A stretch of DNA of 63,269 bases, filler included, from Pelomyxa schiedti (Eukaryota > Protista > Evosea), in assembly GCA_020536535.1 (NCBI GenBank). It is 7 parts of 7 records of this genome, joined end to end, with 100 filler letters (N's around TTAATTAATTAA, not from the genome) between each part and the next. Parts side by side here need not be neighbours in the genome. Positions count along the whole stretch, not along the records: positions 1 to 24,136 come from JAHLWZ010001055.1; 6 more parts are not named here. The stretch is one strand, 5' to 3'. Below the pieces are notes generated by a model. That model was given only the letters and a program-made list of their open reading frames with translations, did not search any database and was not told the origin of the DNA. Positions 10,777-23,149 of this stretch are shown here, piece by piece (position 1 is the first letter of the stretch; each line of letters starts with the position of its first letter). Position numbers and translations under genes: made by a program.

Positions 10777-12488
10777 TTGGTAGTTGCGCAGCCCGCGTTA
10801 AGGAATACGAGGCCAAAGTGCTCTTCCTGCTGGAGTCTGCCATCAAAAAAGTTGGCCAAGGAGATGTCACCCAAAAACCAGGAAATACTCTGTCCAACGA
10901 GCTCTGGGAACTGTTTGAGAAGCTCGTAAAAGCACCAGTGCATGAAGGAGGAGCCTTCACAGTAAAGAGCGGCATTGAGGGAGTTCAAGTGCGGGCCACA
11001 TCCCAAATTGGCCAGCGCACTGTGGCTAGCCTCAGCGAGACTGGATACCTGGCTTGTATGCAGGAGACCATTGCCAAGCTCCAGAGCCAATCCCGGGCTC
11101 CCACAACAACGGAGCTATATGCGCTGCACTACGGGTACACTATGATTGGCTCTGGCGTGGCTCTTCCTCGTTGTTTCAGGCCCCTTGGACTGCCAGGAAG
11201 GAGGCCCCGTGCACAGACCTATGTTGCTCTCACTGACCCCGGTTCTGACCACCTCAAAATAACTTGCCAGGTCCGTGTGCACTTAATGTATTCTGTATCA
11301 GTAAGGATGCATGTTGCTGATGAGGCCCCATGCTTGGTCTTCATTGGCAGGCCTCCTTTTGAGTGCTTGGGCTTGGGCTACAGGCGAGGTTTTAGTGAGC
11401 TTGCGGAACATTATTCGACCATTTCTAAGGACCATTCCCACTCTGGAGATCAGAATTACTTCTTTGAAGCAGAACGCCTCAAGGTTTTTTTTCCCTTTCT
11501 TTTCTGCTTGAAGTTGTATCTGACTTCGAGAAAATAGGCTGTTCACAAAACAGGAGCAGCATGCACCGCAATGTTTATGGATGGCGTGGCTGAATGCAAA
11601 ATCGCAGTGGAGAATATGACTGAGAACCAGGCGATCAGATTCCTCAAGGCGCTGGGGGCTAACGTGGCTCGAAACGAGTCTACACAGGTTCTATCTGCGG
11701 CGTTCAACCTGTTCCAGCCCATTTACAGTGAATCGCAAGGCAGAAAACTCCAGGAACCCATGGATATTGCACGGCTAGGAATTAAAATAGCTGCTGAGGG
11801 TGGCTTTGACAAGGTCACGCGGGATGGCGCAAGGTCCGAGGTTCCCTCAATCCCGGTGTCAAAAACTCTGGACTTTGGTAAGATGCTAACTCTGGCCCAT
11901 GAGGCACACAGAGCCGGCCTCATAACTTACGTCTCTGCTGGTATGACCAAAGAGACCATTCATATTCCAGTCGAGGCCGGAATGGACGGCGTCGGAATTG
12001 GTGTGGACCTGCACTACATGGCGCCTGACAAATCCCTTGGTGCCCTCTGCCCCAGCAAAATCAAGGAGATTCTCGAGCACCGAAATAGGGCACAAGAGAT
12101 GCTTATGGGCCGTGCTGCCAGGCTCCTGGCCTATCTGGACTACAAGGTTTATGAGGGGACCAACACCAGCGCCGAGTACCAGCTCAGTGAGGCTCTCTTT
12201 AAGGCCATGCTTTGCAAAAACGAGACCAGTGTAGGAGAGCTCATTCAGCATGGCGCTCCCCTGACACCTCTCAATGCACCGCTGCCTCCGGCAGATGATG
12301 TGAACGTATATGACAAGTATGTGTCACACGCCCGCGAGCTTCTGGCTACGGAGCACCCAGCTGTTGAGGCTCTCTTACCAATCGGCTGGAGGGAGAAGCT
12401 GCGGGTCATGCTTGTTGACAGGGAACCAAAGACAAACGAAATAAGGTTCTTCTTGAACACACACAGGCTGATCAGAAGAAGCCACTGA
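10719..12488 (+). CDS. Spliced protein with a probable (beta/alpha)8 barrel and phosphate-binding end; 5' end uncertain, possibly a pseudogene
   Basis: Long protein-like exons (ALHYGYT..., AFNLFQPIY, GGFDKVTRDGA, HEAHRAGLITYVSAG, EAGMDGVGIG). Barrel assignment is inferred from the alternating pattern and the xGxDGvxiG motif. Confidence 0.6.
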
Positions 12489-12492
12489 GAAT

Positions 12493-13880
12493 GTGAGAGC
12501 CGCCGTTGAGAAGAAGTCCACTGCTGCACTTACTATTCGGTCTGCTCCTGCTGTTCTTCCCCCTCCATTTGCACCACCCACGTTCCACTCAGAGCTGAAG
12601 GAAAAAGCACTGAAGGTAATCGATTCCCTGGATACGTTGAAGAGATACGAAGAACACCGAATACAGAAGGCGGCAGCCAAAACCGCCAAGCTAGCAGCAG
12701 CCAGTTTTACCGCTACAGTAAGCAAGACCGAGAGTGCTGGTGCACCCATAACAACTGTGAGCTGCAGAATAAAATTGAGGAAGTGTGTCATCAACGACGG
12801 GATAGACTTCAGCAAAGTGCCTGATTTTCTGGGTGTGTTTGACGCCTCTGAGGCATACATTATTGGCGATGTGAAGTTCCCACCAGGTGTCACTGAGGAA
12901 CAGATAATAGCACAGGGAGCAATCATTATCAAACCAAAGCTCGCCACTGATGAGTTCGATCCAATTAGAACTGGCCTGTACACCGTTGACGAGCTCGGCA
13001 TGGTAGACGACAAAATCTATCAGTTCGTGCAGAAGAAGGACAAAACTCAGCTGGAGCTTCTGGCTCAGTATATCCACGATGGGCTAATTCTCGATGCTTT
13101 GAAAGAAGAGAACAAGGGGAGGTATATCGTGGGCGTGATGGGCGGCACAGCATGGCCCGCGGCTCAGAGGTATTCAAGGAGGTGGCTCGTGTCTCATACA
13201 AGCTTGCCAAGAGCGGGTTCACCATTGTCACTGGCGGTGGGCCTGGTGCCATGGAAAGCGCCAACTTTGGTGCTTGGATGTGTGATATTCTGGAGCCAGA
13301 GTTTGAGAAGGAGCTGGCTATCCTGACATCTGCTCCCGATTCTTACGTGGAAGGCGCTGACAGAATGAGGGAGAAGTTCATAACCAACACAGGGAAGATG
13401 TCACTGGGAGTTCCAACCTGGTTGGATGGACACGAACCGTGTCACAGATTCGCCTCCGAGCAAGCAAAGTTCGTGAGCAACGCTGTCAGGGAAGACATAC
13501 TTGTCACCATGTGCAACTGTGGAATCCTATTCACGGAGGGGAGTGCAGGAACTCGCACTGAAATCGCCCAGTTTGCAGTCCCCAACTGCTACGCCTCAGA
13601 GAAGGATGGTGATGTCTCCAAGCCAATCATCTTCTTCAAAACTGTGTTCCAGTCTCTTCTTACCGTAAGTGAAATGGAAGACTTGATTGGAAAGAGTAAA
13701 GGGTACAGCAAGAGGATGTACTGCGTGTCAGATGATGTTGACAGTGTAGTGGGTATAGTCCAGAGATACCGTGATGTTGTACTACAACAGCCTACTGCTG
13801 CTATTGGTACCCCGCAATTAGCACAGCCCATAGCTTTTACAACAAGCCACAGTACTGCCGAGCAGCAGGAAGAGAGAGCC
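12493..13880 (+). pseudogene. LOG-family (PpnN-like) nucleotide phosphoribohydrolase with a 1-nt frameshift at ~13147
   Basis: FDPIRTGLYTVDEL, IHDGLILDAL, VGVMGG[H]SMARGS, IVTGGGPGAMESAN, SLGVPTW.GHEP, NAVREDIL and EGSAGTRTEI (PGGxGTxxE-like). Adding one C to ggcggcacagc restores GGHSMARG. Confidence 0.85.
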
Positions 13881-14043
13881 AAAATGGAAGCAGCACGTGC
13901 TGCCATGCAAGAGTGGGTGACAAGGGATGGCATGGTTATTGGAGTGGGGCAGGCACAACAGTGAAGTACATTATCGATGAGCTGAAGAAGCTTGTGGATA
14001 CCGGGAAGGTGAGAAACATCACTTGTGTGCCAAGCTCGCTTGT
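13881..14043 (+). pseudogene. rpiA: N-terminal fragment of ribose-5-phosphate isomerase A, in frame with the LOG domain, frameshifted and truncated
   Basis: KMEAARAAMQEWVTRDGMVIGVG[x]GTTVKYIIDEL...NITCVPSS matches the RpiA N-terminus. 1-nt deletion at ~13949; DGAD motif absent. Confidence 0.8.
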
Positions 14044-14084
14044 GAAAACTTGCTTGATTGAATTCCAGTGGGTGGCCTTCTCTC

Positions 14085-14620
14085 AGTACCAATAGCCAAT
14101 CTGTTGCACCTGCCTCCTCTTCTACAAACCATTGCTCATCTTTGGTTTCTTTGCATTCTTCATCTAGGTTTTTTGTTTTGGTTGTTTTCTTTTCTTCCAC
14201 TCTTTTCTGACAACTCACTTTCTGCCTCTCAACAACTGTTTGTAAGTGGTTGATGTATGTTTGCACCTCGGGCAATTGTGGATCTGGGAAGCATCTTGGC
14301 AAGACCTTGGCATTCAACAAGCACTTCATGAAGATATGAGGATAACCTTCATCTTGAAAGTCTTGCCTGAAGTTACCAGGCAATGATTCACCCATTGTGA
14401 CATGGTGTCTAAAGGTCTTCAACCAATCTTGCTGCTATTACTACATCGGAGATACAGAAATTTTGATACCTCTTTGAGAACCACTGTTATTGCGGGGTCG
14501 CTTGTGCTCCAGATTAGGAACTGTCATATTGATGATATCAAAGCTGCCACTCACATCAGAATTAGTGGTGCTCTCAATGCTTTCCACAAAAGAAGAAGTA
14601 GTGGTGTTTACATCCTCAAT
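14085..14620 (-). CDS. Exons of an uncharacterised spliced gene, apparently truncated at its 3' side
   Basis: GT-AG bounded exons encode ...KRPRNNSGSQR|DWLKTFRHHVTMGESLPGNFRQDFQDEGYP...QLPE|VERQK...ATDWLLVL. Confidence 0.5.
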
Positions 14621-15030
14621 ATGTTAAGCTATTAATAACAAAGACAGATAACATCGCCGTCATTTGAAGGGGCCAGTGCAAGAGGATGAATGCGGAAAAA
14701 AGAAAGACCTCCAGAGATTGGAGGGACACAATAACGGAAAAGCGCTGCTGTGTCCTCCCTGGTTCTTGTTCTGTGGTCTGTGTTGGTGTTAGAAGAAAAA
14801 AGAAAGCAAGAAAGAAAACGGATTCAGGAAAAGCTACTGGTAAAAACCAAACAAAAATCAAGCTATGAAAATAATAATTGAGTGTTGAATAAAGTATTGT
14901 TGCGTTTGAGTTGTTTGGTCTTGTGAAGGAAAAGCTAAGTCGCTGGCGAGCGTCGTGTTTTATGTTTTTCGGTGCAGGAACTTGTGATCGGTTTCTCAGC
15001 ATTACTTTCTATCTCTTTGTGTTGCAATCA

Positions 15031-17987
15031 ATGCCCACGAAGACTGTGAAACTTCTCTTTCGCACAGTTGCATCTAAATATCGCATTCGAAGAAAGCTCT
15101 CTGCAGAGGGCACGGTATTACGCCGAAAGACAAACGGACAAAACTTCAACAAACAACTTAAACCAACAATGTGCCGCCGCTCCATCCGCTCATCTGTTTC
15201 TTCTGACGAATCGTCTTCCAGCTCGGGGGGTGACTTCCGCCAATTCCGTCAAACAATGGCGCACTTTCCTCCGGTCGGGGTTGTTGTTGTGGACCCAACC
15301 ACCGGGTACTCCTCCAGGCCTGGTGTATTCCCGCCCCAACATCCTCCTGCTTGGCTGGTACACAACAGGAAGGCGAGGTGGCAACCTGCCCTAGTACCGA
15401 CCATCGCTCCCCAGGTTACCCCAACTTCCCCCCAGGCTGTTCCCTTTCCTTTCTCTCCTTCCCATGCACTGCTGATTCCTTCTCTTCCTTATTTCCAATC
15501 GCAAATGCCCCTGGCACCGTACACAGTGCAGCCCAGTGCAATCCAAAACTACTCTCAAACACTCCCACCTCGGGTGAAGACACTAACTGGGAAAAGAAGA
15601 ACAAAGGGCTCTTTGGGCTTGAAAGAAATTAACAATGGCCCTGATGAAAACAAGGCTGAAGGATCAACCTCTGGGATGCCTCCCCCCAAAATGGGCAAGA
15701 CAAGCAATGGGGATTCACAATCCTCAAGAATTGGCTGTGTACATTCAGAGAGTGGTACGTCCCATACCTCACACCCAAAAACAGAGGCTACAGACGTGAC
15801 ACCTCGCAGGATTAAACCCCAGAATGAAAGTCCCCAAAGTAAAGGTCCAATGGCACCTCAATGCCAGAGTCTCCTCCCTCTAGGATCTGGATGTTCAACG
15901 ACACAACAGAGTTCAGAAAAGAGAAGAGCCAATCTGGACCGAAACAACTCAAAAAGAAGTAACGTGCCCCTGCAGTTTCCTCCTGGTTCCATTTCTCCCA
16001 CTTTTCACTCCCATCCTTTCTGTAAGAACCGTACACATGGCAGGAGCAGGAGCAGGAGCAGGGATAGGAGGAGGAGCAGGAGCAGGGATAGGAGGAGCAG
16101 GAGCAGGGATAGGAGGAGGAGCAGGAGCAGGAGCAGGGATAGGAGGAGGAGCAGGAGCAGGAGCATAAGGCACAACAGGGAAAAATCTGGGGGAAATATT
16201 CAGGTGCATGAACGACAAACAGGTAGAAGCTCGGGAGCACTGCAAAGTAATCACAAGCGGGAAAGCCGCAGTCCTTCAGGTGGGTGCAAAAGGGATCTCT
16301 TCTGTGAAACAAAAGGAGCCCCACATATAGCACCCAGTACCGTTGGTCACAGTGGTGCCGACACTCTCCAAACAGCCAACATGCGTGAGGAGAAAAGAGA
16401 CGTGGCTTCCTCGGTTTCTGTCTTGCAATCAGCAGCAGAAACAGCCCAAGGAACGGCAAAAAGCCAGGCTTTGACACAATTTGGGGCACCTTCACCCAAT
16501 CTTCCTCTTGGAAAAACCAGATGCCCATCTTCCTCCCCTGTTGTGCCGTCTGTGCCTGTAGTTACTCTTTCGACAGGAGTAGTTCCCTCAGAATACAATA
16601 AGTCACTGGTTCCAGTCACATCTTCTATCACGATGTCCCTTTGCTCCTCCAGCGATCTTTCTCAAGACCACAGTGGTGATAGTAACAATTCTGTTCGTGC
16701 CCTTCAACCAACTGCAGGACCCCCCAAAATATCTCCACCAGAAGAAATAGATGCGGAGCATCTAACAATGCCTCAGGAAGTAATACATTCTATAGAAGCA
16801 GCTTCTGAATTTAAAACCACACCCATTGCACATTGTGTGGATGCTGACCCTCTTCCACTAGTAACAAACCTTGGTGGGCATAGTAACGCAGGAGGTACAG
16901 AATCTACTCCAGATGGTACCATGCAACTCGTTGACGAGCAGGGCTGTGTCCTTAGCCAAGTGCGTTCTACCAGTCAGAACCAGGTTCCAGTATATACTTG
17001 CTCTCCCGGCAATTTTTCAAATCAAATGATTCACCTGATAAAAATGTTGACTGAGTTTCTCTATCCACAGGAGGTTTGTTTCCTTCCACCTAAATCAGAT
17101 ATGTTAACGTCTAACGGCAGGGCACGATTGTACAAAGGAAGGAGGAATTTCTGTCCCATCTTATTGCTTTTTTAGAGACAGCATCCTTATCGGCATGGAA
17201 GCAACAGGATTTCTCACATCAGTTTGTCTTGTATGTTGAGTGTCATCGAATAAACCCATTAATCCCCCATAGTTATCTTTCGTGTCAGCTACTAAAAGGG
17301 AGATACCTGACGGAGAGATATACATTGTTGTGTTGTGAGACAAATGCGATCTTGAAAGCACTTTCCGCCAAACCAATAAAAAAGAAAAAAGCTCCCCATA
17401 AGGCATCTGCATCATCCCCAGATCAGCAACGTCCCGTGATGGAAGGTCCAGGTTCCATTTCCAGTGATCTAGATCTTTCCGAGTCCATCCTCCCACCTCT
17501 GGAACCAAATGGAACCGAGGCAACACTTTTTCAGAGTGACATGCTGCCCCAAACTCCAACGGTTCAGCAGCCACAGGCTCATTCTGGCACTCAGCAACCC
17601 CTCATAGCTCTGCCCCCAGCACTGATGCCCCCTTCCCCACTCCCAGTGCCCTACATTTCACAAGCACAACATTTTCAGAACGACGTTCCACCAGGACTGC
17701 ATAATAAAAAGCAAAGACAAGCCGCAAGGAGAAAGTTGCACAGAAAGCAGGATAAACTCTGCATTTGGATGGGCATGCAACTGAAATACATGGAGGCTCT
17801 GGTTCTTCAAGCACCCCCAGGTATCCCTGTCCCACTGCCCAACTGTCATTTTCCACGATGCTGCTTTGTGGTGGATGATAAAATGCATATGAGTGTACTT
17901 TTACAGTGGACCATCTGCTGCATGGAAACCTTGGATTGTGACCCTCAAGTAGATACACCAGCACGTCAGAGCCCCCAGTGCTCATGA
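15031..17987 (+). CDS. Large low-complexity Ser/Pro-rich protein with an RS(D) dipeptide-repeat tract, at least two exons
   Basis: 754-aa ORF 14911-17175 plus 17229-17987. RSRSRSRDRRRS tandem repeat at ~16040-16165. Confidence 0.6.
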
Positions 17988-18781
17988 AACTCTTCCACAC
18001 TGTAATGTCCCCTGTGCTTTTATGAGGGAAAAACCTAGCTTTTACCCTGAACTGAAGGATTCTTTTTTCGTTTGCTTGTGTGAATAGGATGGGTACCTTG
18101 AGCTGATTGGATTCACCTTGAAAAGCGTGAGAAGGACAAATTTCTGAAGGGATGGCCTCTTGGCGGACAAGACTGAGTATGTTGAAATTTCTGTGGTGGA
18201 GTTTGGTAGGGTTTTCGCGTCTCCGTGATGTTCACTCAGAATTAGAACTGTAGTTTTTCTTTTGACTGCGTTTTACACTGTAAAGGCTTGTTAGCCAACA
18301 TTGTCAGACACTGCCAAAGCTAAGTTGATCGAAGCCTTGCACAAGTCATCTGCCGTGGGCGGGCTTCAACCATTTTCCATTGTGGGAAATACAATGCCAT
18401 TTCGTTCATAGCCAAGATTTCCAAAACTAGTGTCTCTTGCACAAACATCCTCATGTGTCGGAGCAAGCACTGCCGCACACACTCCTTCCTTGTCATTGAC
18501 AGGAGATTTTGCTCACTAAGATCTCACAACTCCACTCCTGGCTACGACATAGATGCCACTACGTTTTTACCGGTGTGGCGAGGTGACTCAGAACTACAGC
18601 GAAGTACGGATGGATTTCTGGGAAAACTACCTCGAATCTGTTGGGACCCTGAGGGAGATAGATTCGACACCTAGAACTTAGTCTAGTCTAGTGGTCACTA
18701 CCCAAACCAAATCTGCCTCGGGACAACAGGATATTTTTTTTCTACAAATTAGACGAAAAAATCCGTCCTGTGTAATCAGAG

Positions 18782-19957
18782 ATGTGCGACGACGGAACAA
18801 GGAAGGGAATAGCGTCGCCACCAGAGCACGTGGCGTGGGCACGCTACCAATTCGTTGCATTTTGCGTGGTGAGCGCCGCGCCTCGTTGCGCGGCGAAAAG
18901 CTTCCTCGCGGGGATTCCAAGCAACGTTCTGGTGGACGAAATAGGCAGGAGGTGGATCATGGGCGTGAACAGGCGGGCCGTCGTCGGGAGTTTGTACCGG
19001 AACGGTTCCGGCCAGGCTCGCGGTGGGTACTGGTTTGTGAGTGTGTCCCACACACTCGGAGTGGTTAGAATATCCTCCGAGTTGGGAGTGAAGCCGTTCG
19101 GCGATGTGATCATGGGATGGCTCGACAGGAACATGGTCGTTTCGGTGAAGGCCACCGGGAAGGAAAGATGTCCTTCCATCACGAGGTGGCCTTCGGGAAG
19201 TCTCAAGGCTTGCTTGAGGGAGCGTTACTCCGAGGGTTCTATAATTACAAAGTTTGTAAGAAGCTGCAGTTGGGCTGTGGTTTACACACCCGGGAGGACA
19301 GCGATGGAAATGTGGCCCATTCCGCTGTCATATTACCCTCTGGTTCTTGTTCCCCTGGGTTCCCAGGAAGAAGAGCTGATGTGGATGGATATCATTGATG
19401 GGGAACAGGGAGTTGTGTCTGTGAAGAAGGGTGAGCTTTACTTCCTTCGGTTCATTGATTTGGAAAAGACATACAAGCTCAGGGTTTTTTCCATTACACA
19501 GGAGTTCCAGCTGGACACCATATGTTGCGATGTCTACTTTTCCACCAAGCATGGAATCATTCTGTCACTTCAGTATCCTCCACCACACAAATCCCGGCAG
19601 CCTTCGTGGGCAGAGAGAGAATTCCAGATGGTTATCTTACATCCGAACCAAGTGGTAAGCAGAAGCTACTTCATGGCAAGCAAAGTGGATTCGTGGCACT
19701 TTGTTCCAGCAGAAGCATGTCCCAGCCGTGGTGAAACCCATGTATATTCAACAAATGACTTGGATCATGTATCACAGGTGTTCATGCATGACCCAGATTC
19801 TGTAACCAGAGTCTCTGATGGCCTGATAGCAATCCAGTGCCAAAAACACATTGACCTGCTTGATGCCCTGACTGGCCGTTGGTTGTGGCGCCAGGCTGCC
19901 CCTCTTGATACTCAGGACCTTCTCTATATGAATAACCTCAGGCTCTCCTCGTTCTAG
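18782..19957 (+). CDS. Intronless lineage-specific family protein (conserved N-terminal helical motif plus beta-rich domain)
   Basis: 391-aa ORF; N-terminal ARYQFVAF...PRCAAKS...VDEIGRRW shared with other ORFs in the window. Confidence 0.75.
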   Translation: MCDDGTRKGIASPPEHVAWARYQFVAFCVVSAAPRCAAKSFLAGIPSNVLVDEIGRRWIMGVNRRAVVGSLYRNGSGQARGGYWFVSVSHTLGVVRISSELGVKPFGDVIMGWLDRNMVVSVKATGKERCPSITRWPSGSLKACLRERYSEGSIITKFVRSCSWAVVYTPGRTAMEMWPIPLSYYPLVLVPLGSQEEELMWMDIIDGEQGVVSVKKGELYFLRFIDLEKTYKLRVFSITQEFQLDTICCDVYFSTKHGIILSLQYPPPHKSRQPSWAEREFQMVILHPNQVVSRSYFMASKVDSWHFVPAEACPSRGETHVYSTNDLDHVSQVFMHDPDSVTRVSDGLIAIQCQKHIDLLDALTGRWLWRQAAPLDTQDLLYMNNLRLSSF

Positions 19958-22900
19958 TCATGGATTCCAAAAAAAAAAAAAAAACGGTTTGCAGCTGCTG
20001 AACCGACATTCAAAGAATTTGTTCTTGCAGTGCATATCTTCATTCCAGAATTTGCTATCCTCCATTAAAAGAATAAAGCTCCATTTTAGATTGTGAGGTC
20101 AAAATAAGCCTTCCAAGAAGTGGGAACCACAGGGAACACCCCACGATAAAAGCCATGTTGGGTATAGACACACCATTACTGGCTTTCTCAGTGTCTTTTG
20201 AAAGTTGATAGAAAGCAATACCACAGGTACGCCCACTCACATTGAATAGAACCAATAGCGAATGTTGTCACTATACTCTAGCCCCCAGAGCGGAGAGGAG
20301 GAAAAGGTTGTCCACTCGGCACTTTACAAGGAGTTGACTGAAAGTATTGAACATACTCAACGCTCACAGCGATCTGGTGCCTGGGGTGCCCAATGAATGG
20401 TAATGGTGTTCAAAGAAGTTGTAAAACGTGTTTGGTTATCACTCAAAAGAGTCTTGTTGTCCACCTTCACAATAGTTCGTATCTTAGAGTGCAGAACTTT
20501 CCAGTTTGATGGGCTCTCATATTACTTTCGGCCGAAGTTGCAACGTTGCGCCATCTATTTTGCCTGCGGCATTTCCCAAACACTACAATCAGCTTAGCTG
20601 TGGCACTCCTACATAGTAACAAAAAAAGAGGAACGTGTAAATCTGGGAGTTCTTGTAAAGCTGTTCAAGTTGCTCAATTGGACAATCTTTTCTGATACAC
20701 GGGCAACCTTCCTCCACTCATTCAGGGAAACCTGAATGAATTGTCAAAGTTGAAGACAAACTTGGGCCGCCGTTTTGATATTCCTCAGCACCAGTTAGGA
20801 TGACAAGGTGTATGTCCCTCAGGAAGTGTAATGCACACTGCCCCATTTAATAGATAAAAGTGGTCCACATTGAATTATGGGTGTGACGGAAGGTGACAGA
20901 AACAGGAGACACGTAGTTTTTTTGGGTCTTTGAATTATGGCTTCAGAGCTAGGATGGTAATTATCGCCCTGAAGTGTGGTACCGACAAGAATACATCGCC
21001 TCCTATCGCACAATGGTATCCAGGTCGACAAGAATATAGCTTCAGAAAGTTAGCTTCGCAAGTTCTGCAGTATTCCCTTGTAGAGTTTGAAGTATGTGTC
21101 TCTCTCTTCTCTTTCTTTTGCACCTCAATCAACGCACCACATATTTTGCTCATAGCTTTCCGGGAGGCATATATTTCGACAAGGGACTCCGGGTGCCACA
21201 TGACATTTTGTCTTCTTCAAGCATGGGAGAGACAGAGACGGAGAGTACATTGTACAGGTCTTCTTTGGGCAACAAGTATCCAGACTCGTCCAGCTATCTT
21301 GACAAGATCCAGAACAAAGGCATGAGCTGAAAAGCATGAACTGTATACTAGAGAAGCCTTTACAGAAGGAACAGTCATTCCAGCACTCCAAAGTAGCAAT
21401 AGGTCTCCAAAACAAGAAAGAGATGCACTGATACCAGCCAGAGAGAGCTAGATTTGAAACAGGGAAACCAGAAAGTCCCACAGAGGAGAGTAGATCTGGC
21501 CATATTGACAAGGCGGCCTTGTTGTTATAACATGGTGGAATCGTGATTATGGCTGTGGAAACTGACATTGTGGAATTGTGTTATCAGCTGGCACTCAAGT
21601 GGATACTTTTGGCACTAAGCTGAGCATTTCCAGCACTAGCGGCATGCACTCTGCAATGAGATTAGCGCGGGCATAATGATATTCAGCACAGGGAATCCTG
21701 CACACCCAAATTCGGAGATCTGGGACCACGTCAAAATACAAGGCTATGTATTTTAACTTCAATTTAAAAATTACTTTATTGATTTAATTCTGTTTTTCTA
21801 TGGGAAGTGGCACCATTGTGTTCATGGAATTTCACTTTACAAAAAATAGGAATTGTATTGAGTGAGGGACACTCACCTGGAATTTAGTTTTGGCACGTGG
21901 GTGTTCTTAAACCTGAACTGGGCTTTATAGTCCTGAGAGGAGGTTGGCACATTGAAGCGGGGATGGGCATCATAAATTGCGGGTATGCCATGAGAAAGAC
22001 TCCCAAATACTTGTGACCATGAGGATCACTCCAGTAAGTCTGGAGCAAGGGCATGCATCCATGAAAGTGGTTTGTTTCTGCCTTACTTAAGTTGAAATTT
22101 TGTATGGCGGGAACGGCATCAACCATACCATAACTAAATGATGGCACTAGTGCTCCCTGCATTGTGCCATCACTGCCACTATACGAGGCTCCACCGTTTT
22201 AACTGGAATCAGTGTGGTCCCTCGAAGAATGCTTCCGTGCGTCTTACCCCTGTGGCTTCCTCATCACCTGGCACTGTCCATGACTTCAGTCGATGATTCC
22301 GTCCACCTCGTGATCATGTTCTCTCCAACAAAACAGTCCCCAGAGACACAGCGCCGTGTTGAAACACCGGCACAACAAAACGCACCAGCAAAATTACCCA
22401 GTCCACTCCCACTGCAGTTTTGAGAGCTGCATGAGGAGCACACATATGCCCTGCTTTGCTTCTTCTTCTCTGGCTCTTGGTTTCCAGGTTCTGTCTCCAA
22501 ATGCTGTGCAGCTTTACTTTGGATGTGCCAGTCAGAATCTATGCTGCCTTCTGGTCTGAAAGCTGCACCAGTGTGTGACATCCATCTGAAGTGTTGTTTG
22601 TTAGTTCTTCCATTGACCAGGAACACCTCACCACAGCATGTAGCATTCCACAATTGGTGAGCAGGGCATTGTGTAATGGAAAGTTTTCTCATAAAAATGG
22701 CAGACTGCCAGACCAAGAAGTTCTCTCAGAGCTTTCTCTGTTTTGAGGTTGTCCTTCTGTTGTTTATGATTACACAACCAAAGAGAGTCTCAGGCTGCAT
22801 TACATGTGTTCCAAGATTTGAGGAAGAGGAGCTAGATGTATACACAGCTGTTTCTTTCCTAAAGATATTGTATAAGGTAAAATATTTAGATGAAAAGCTG

Positions 22901-23149
22901 TACTTGGTGGTACTTGCATAGCAAATGAAGATGGCGGATTGGGCTAGCAAGTTCTGTAATGTGAAAAAACGAGTCCTTAGGCGACGCACATAACACAGTG
23001 CACCAGTAACGCACCAGAGTCTGAAGAAGAGTCAGCCAAAGTGGAAAAAAAGAAAAGAAAAAATAAGCCATGGGTTGGTTGCAGTGGTTTCTTCTTGCTT
23101 CATCATCTTTCAATATATCCTTCTGATCATACAAAAAGTGGGCCCAATC

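Noticed and set aside
10632-11090. Genuine dual-strand coding (both frames open for ~460 nt)
   Set aside because: GTPase similarity stops and barrel-gene similarity starts near 10775; a rearrangement junction with chance open antisense frames is simpler.
20250-22700. Possible hAT transposase relics (DNQTRF, KLASQVL, VPTSS)
   Set aside because: Motifs are short, on different strands or in the wrong order, and interrupted by stops; cannot be supported without a profile search.
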